This document shows positions 17,301 to 20,474 of a stretch of 20,474 bases of DNA, one piece after another; position 1 is the first letter of the stretch; each line of letters begins with the position of its first letter. The stretch comes from Candidatus Thermofontivivens primus (lineage in GTDB: Bacteria > Sysuimicrobiota > Sysuimicrobiia > Sysuimicrobiales > Thermofontiviventaceae): assembly GCA_031458695.1 (NCBI GenBank), contig JAVKJW010000032.1:1446-21919 (forward strand). Reading direction: 5' to 3'. The notes below the pieces were generated by a model. The model was not told the origin of the DNA, did no database searches, and saw only the letters and a list, made by a program, of their open reading frames with translations. Both the position numbers and the translations under genes were made by a program.

Positions 17301-17934
17301 CGTGCGGGAGGTCCTTGCCAGGCTCTTCCGTGATGGCCATCTCCTCACCCTGGTGGCCACCGGTTCCCTGGCCGCCGCGATTCCACCCGTAGAGGCACGC
17401 CACGTGGTGCTCGCCTCGGTTCCTTTTACGCGAAGGCAAATGCTTGCACAAGGGTCTACGGGTTCCCCGCGTGGCTATACCATCCACCTCTTGTATTCTC
17501 ATGAGGACGTGGAGGTCAACAGAGCCGCGATCGAGAGACAGTTTCCTTCCCGGGAGATTCTGGCCAGGGTGTATCGAACCCTGCGCATGATGTATAATGA
17601 CCTCGGGAGCCTCCTGTGGCCTGACGAGGAACTCGCCCAAGCCGTAGCAGAGGCCGTTCCAGGGATCTCCCGAGCAGGCATCCAGATTTGCCTTGACATC
17701 CTGCAGGAGATCGGCGTCATCGCTTCAGAGCTCGAGGAGGAGCGATGGCGTTTGTCTATCGTAGAACCGGAGGAACGCCGGGACCTGGGGAGTATCCCCA
17801 GGTTCGCTGAGGGAGAGCGAGAGCGCTCGGAGATGGAGCGAACGGCACAGTGGGCACTGGGCAGCACGGCACAAGAGCTGCTTGAGGCACTTGCGGGGCC
17901 TGCGGTGAAAGAGGCGGGGGGACGGGAAAGCTAA
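14311..17934 (+). CDS. recJ: ssDNA-specific exonuclease RecJ fused to a HIRAN domain and a degenerate SF2 (RecQ/RecG-like) helicase region
   Basis: DHH motifs YGDYDADG, ITVDCG, LDHH, GTIADVVPL, PRLNASGR, GSARS, FGGHALAAG, PFGEGNPEP. HIRAN-like segment at ~aa 616-711. Helicase-like C-terminal region with YYHGGL and LVAT. 1207 aa, uninterrupted. Confidence 0.95.
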   Translation: MGTVHRLWVSLPSHPAVAEMASALGVHHLISRILLNRGITDPEEARRFLNPSLDDLLDPFVLPDVGKAINRILRAIRLGEPITVYGDYDADGVTSTAILVRTLRALGAKVWEFAYYIPQRLAEGYGLSRAAVEKLYHAGTRLLITVDCGTTAVEEIALAQSLGIDVIVLDHHEPPPVLPRAYALVNPKVDLKFQEPGLSTQHSVRGTDYCAAGLAFQLSRALRGAAGLGGDPYELVDLAAIGTIADVVPLLGDNRALAHAGLLRLSTSPVVGLEALKEVAGLSGITTARDVSHILAPRLNASGRMGDASLACALLLTDDREEAKSLALRLEEQNRFRQEMTDRVLVEALEQVESQGLYAERAIVLASRGWHPGVIGIVASRLVERFHRPAIVIALEEGVGRGSARSIPGLHLVEALSACRDHLLRFGGHALAAGLVIEEGSIPAFRERFLQEARLSLRDEDLTPKLYVDAEISLKELTPDLARQVLLLRPFGEGNPEPSFAARGVEVLISRPVGEESLKLALTDGVAYLEAIGFGLADLSEVLAFTGTPVDVAFTLDLARAGEGGVRLIVRDLQTPGVDLDSILRDSSLLLERLFTRAEEYLRSSYAYRIEEAETFYTRVSGVTFNGRQELISRISPGTPLRLVREPQNPYDPHAVKVVTEEGWHLGYLPARLAGRLAPAMDGGAQYEAIVSQVLGGGEGRSFGLLIAVRRVSLDGEDREARLSREALGTIPLPEAIERLSIQFLAGRPLPQEGKDLIERALSEEGAVAVISPRAGGERAVDMAAITCAIRKKKPVLLALPLASQVDDRLEILASRAMGFGLRVVGFHGALPRRRREKALASLLSGDFDLLLASWDTLYRLQASIASLRPWRAFFEVPELTPTSLEEIQRLLEASGSPVPILLAARATEETVQRAMEVLRVHHCIADTSFSTGVRIVDKRGTRDKEAYLATLLGRGESTVIFTSRREQTVELARGLREKLGELRDHIAYYHGGLPMRVREVLARLFRDGHLLTLVATGSLAAAIPPVEARHVVLASVPFTRRQMLAQGSTGSPRGYTIHLLYSHEDVEVNRAAIERQFPSREILARVYRTLRMMYNDLGSLLWPDEELAQAVAEAVPGISRAGIQICLDILQEIGVIASELEEERWRLSIVEPEERRDLGSIPRFAEGERERSEMERTAQWALGSTAQELLEALAGPAVKEAGGRES

Positions 17935-17979
17935 GGGAGAAAAGCAGAGGGGAGGAAGCGCAAGGGAGCGACTGCCTGC

Positions 17980-20208
17980 GTGATCATGGCAAAGACCGAT
18001 ACACCTGTACAAGCTGGGACCCATGACCTTCCCCAGGAAGTCCAGGCGCTCCTGGCAAAGGTGCGGGAACACTTCCCCCAGGAGAACCTGGAGATCATTG
18101 AGAAAGCCTACCGGTTTGCCCGAAGGGCCCACGAAGGACAGGTGCGTGCATCTGGAGAGGCCTACGTCAATCACTCCGTGGCGGTTGCCACCATCCTCGC
18201 CAACTTGCGTCTTGATCCTACCACCATTGCTGCCGCCCTCCTCCACGATGTCCCAGAGGATACCGGGACTCCCTTGGAGCAGCTGAAGGAGGAGTTCGGA
18301 CCGGAGCTGGCAACCCTGGTCGACGGGGTGACCAAACTGGGCAAGATCCAGTGGCGGAACCGGGAGCAGCGCCAGGCGGAAAACCTGCGCAAGATGTTCC
18401 TGGCCATGGCCTCGGACATCCGCATCGTTCTCATCAAACTCGCTGACCGGCTGCACAATATGAGGACCATCGAGTACCTCCCCGTTGAGAAGCAACAGCG
18501 CATCGCCCAGGAGACTCTGGAGATCTATGCTCCCCTCAGCGAGCGGCTGGGGATCGGTCAGATCCAGCGGGAGCTTGAGGACTTGGCGTTCAAAGTGCTG
18601 GAGCCGGAGACCTACCAGGAGATTTCCCACCAGCTCGCCCAGGCAAGTAGCGAACATGAGGCCCTGCTCGCTGAGGTAACCGAGATCCTGTACAGGGAGC
18701 TTAACCGGGCAGGGATCAAGGTGAGCCGTCAGCAGATCACCGGGCGTCCGAAGCATATCTACAGCATCTGGAAGAAGATGCAGCGGCCAAAGTATGCTGG
18801 GCAGGGTGTTGCGCGGATCTACGATCGCCTTGGGGTGCGCATTATCGTCGACGATGTGAAGGATTGCTACGCCGCTCTAGGGGTGATCCACTCGCTTTGG
18901 CGCCCCATCCCGGGGGAGTTTGATGACTATATCGCCAACCCTAAGACGAGTGGCTACCGTTCCCTCCATACCGCGGTGATCTACAAGGGGGATCCCTTGG
19001 AGATCCAGATCCGAACCCACGAGATGCACTATGAAGCAGAGTATGGGATCGCTGCCCACTGGCGGTACAAAGGAGGGAAGGTGACGGACAAGGCCTTCGA
19101 AGAGAAGCTCTCCTGGCTTCGCCAGCTCCTGGAGTGGCACAAGGAGATGCAGGATGCCCGGGAGTTCATGCAATCCGTCAAGCTGGATCTCTTCCAGAAC
19201 GAGGTCTTCGTGTTCACCCCCAAGGGGGATGTGATCGATCTTCCTGCTGGGGCAACCCCGGTGGACTTCGCCTACCGGATCCACACCGATATTGGCCACC
19301 GGTGCGTGGGGGCGAAGGTGAACGGGCGGCTCGTGCCCTTGAGCTACAAGCTCCGCAGCGGAGACATCGTGGAGATCCTCACGAGCAAAACAGGGGGAGG
19401 GCCGAGCCGGGACTGGTTGACGTTCGTCGTCACGAGCAACGCCAAGAGCAAGATCAAGCAGTGGTTCAAGAAGGAACGCCGGGAGGAGAACATCCAGCGA
19501 GGTCGGGAGCTCTTGGAGAAAGAGATCCGCCGCCTGGGCGGGGGGATTGCCAAAGCCTTGCGCTCGGAGCGGCTGGCGGAAGTCGCCAAGGCATTTTCCT
19601 TTACAACTGAGGAGGACCTCCTGGCGGCCATAGGGAATGGCGATGTCTCCTTGCTCCAGGTGGTTCAGGCCCTGCGCGGGGAGGCCATGGAAGAGAAGGC
19701 GCCGGCGCAAGGGGTCTCAGTCCCCCAGCCGGAGGCCGCCCACGGGATCCGCATGCGTGGGGCGGATAACATCCTCATGAACTTCGCGCGCTGTTGCAAC
19801 CCGCTCCCGGGGGATCGTGTGATTGGTTACATCACCCGCGGCCGTGGGGTGACCATCCACCGCATCGACTGTCCCAACATGCCATACCTCCGCCAGCATC
19901 CCGAGCGCCTCACCGAAGTGGAGTGGGAGCAGGTTGCCAACGGGAGTTACCCCGTGGCGATCGAGGTGGAAGCGATGGACCGCGTCGGGCTCTTGAAGGA
20001 CATCCTGGCAGCCATCGCGGAGTCTAAGATCAACGTCCTCTCGGTGAATGCGCGAGTCCGCAAGGACAAGGTAGGGGTCATCAACCTCGTCCTCGATGTC
20101 CGTGACGTCCACCAGCTGAACGCAGTGATCCAGCGAGTACGCCAGTTCCCCGACGTCTACTCCGTCTCCCGCGCGGTCCCCTCCTACTCAGTGAAGGATG
20201 AGGGTTAA
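17980..20208 (+). CDS. relA: Long RSH (p)ppGpp synthetase/hydrolase (Rel/SpoT); start may be ATG 17986
   Basis: HD domain (AH.GQ.R.SGE.Y..H, ALLHDVPEDT, IKLADRLHNMRT), synthetase (GRPKH, DYIANPK.SGYRSLHT, EIQIRT), TGS (VFTPKG, DFAYRIHT), CC (ARCCNPLPGD) and ACT (DRVGLL.DI). Confidence 0.97.
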   Translation: MIMAKTDTPVQAGTHDLPQEVQALLAKVREHFPQENLEIIEKAYRFARRAHEGQVRASGEAYVNHSVAVATILANLRLDPTTIAAALLHDVPEDTGTPLEQLKEEFGPELATLVDGVTKLGKIQWRNREQRQAENLRKMFLAMASDIRIVLIKLADRLHNMRTIEYLPVEKQQRIAQETLEIYAPLSERLGIGQIQRELEDLAFKVLEPETYQEISHQLAQASSEHEALLAEVTEILYRELNRAGIKVSRQQITGRPKHIYSIWKKMQRPKYAGQGVARIYDRLGVRIIVDDVKDCYAALGVIHSLWRPIPGEFDDYIANPKTSGYRSLHTAVIYKGDPLEIQIRTHEMHYEAEYGIAAHWRYKGGKVTDKAFEEKLSWLRQLLEWHKEMQDAREFMQSVKLDLFQNEVFVFTPKGDVIDLPAGATPVDFAYRIHTDIGHRCVGAKVNGRLVPLSYKLRSGDIVEILTSKTGGGPSRDWLTFVVTSNAKSKIKQWFKKERREENIQRGRELLEKEIRRLGGGIAKALRSERLAEVAKAFSFTTEEDLLAAIGNGDVSLLQVVQALRGEAMEEKAPAQGVSVPQPEAAHGIRMRGADNILMNFARCCNPLPGDRVIGYITRGRGVTIHRIDCPNMPYLRQHPERLTEVEWEQVANGSYPVAIEVEAMDRVGLLKDILAAIAESKINVLSVNARVRKDKVGVINLVLDVRDVHQLNAVIQRVRQFPDVYSVSRAVPSYSVKDEG

Positions 20209-20303
20209 GTGGCGAGCTGTGGCACTTCCCCACTGGCCAGGAAGAGGAGAGGGGGCCCTTCCGGCGAATCCTGATTCCCAAGGACGTGAGGAGGAGGTGG
20301 AAG

Positions 20304-20474
20304 GTGCTTCCTTCTGTCGCTAAGCGTGTTGGGTTGTTCACCGAATCGGTCATCCGGGAGATGACACGGCTCGCCATGCTTTACGGGGCCATCAACCTTG
20401 CCCAGGGTTTTCCTGACTTCGACCCTCCCCGGTTGCTGATCGAAGCAGCCGTGGAGGCCCTGCGATCTGGCTAC
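20304..20474 (+). CDS. Class I/II PLP-dependent aminotransferase, 5' part (runs off the window)
   Basis: GTG after GGAGGAGG: MLPSVAKRVGLFTESVIREMTRLAMLYGAINLAQGFPDFDPP..., containing the typical INLAQGFPDF motif. Confidence 0.9.
   Translation, partial: MLPSVAKRVGLFTESVIREMTRLAMLYGAINLAQGFPDFDPPRLLIEAAVEALRSGY

Noticed and set aside
16891..19710. Long minus-strand ORFs (16891..17640, 17725..18756, 18877..19710) and alternate-frame ORF 14331..15071
   Set aside because: Typical high-GC shadow ORFs of recJ and rel with no motifs.

Overview
Bacterial window (high-GC; ~60-65% GC by spot counts in the core genes, ~50-57% in the accessory part) in two parts. (1) About 80-11755 is an IS-rich accessory island. 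It holds an apparently intact IS630 (-1 frameshift transposase) that cut off the start of a PLP-dependent alpha-oxoamine synthase (Kbl/BioF-like) gene. It also holds a HAD hydrolase pseudogene, IS remnants, a decayed rve-domain IS with an extra abutting end, and a decayed ISLre2. Its intact core is a six-gene catabolic operon: GntR/UTRA regulator, DUF4392 D-glutamate-cyclase-like protein, an atypical D-cysteine-desulfhydrase-family PLP enzyme, and a family-5 ABC SBP with two permeases but no ATPase. (2) About 11770-20474 is core genome: secD, secF, a 1207-aa RecJ-HIRAN-degenerate SF2 helicase fusion, a long RSH (Rel), and the 5' end of a class I/II aminotransferase. The best candidates for undescribed biology are the putative D-amino-acid uptake/catabolism operon and the RecJ-HIRAN-pseudohelicase fusion. 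All calls come from reading motifs by eye; no database searches were run.
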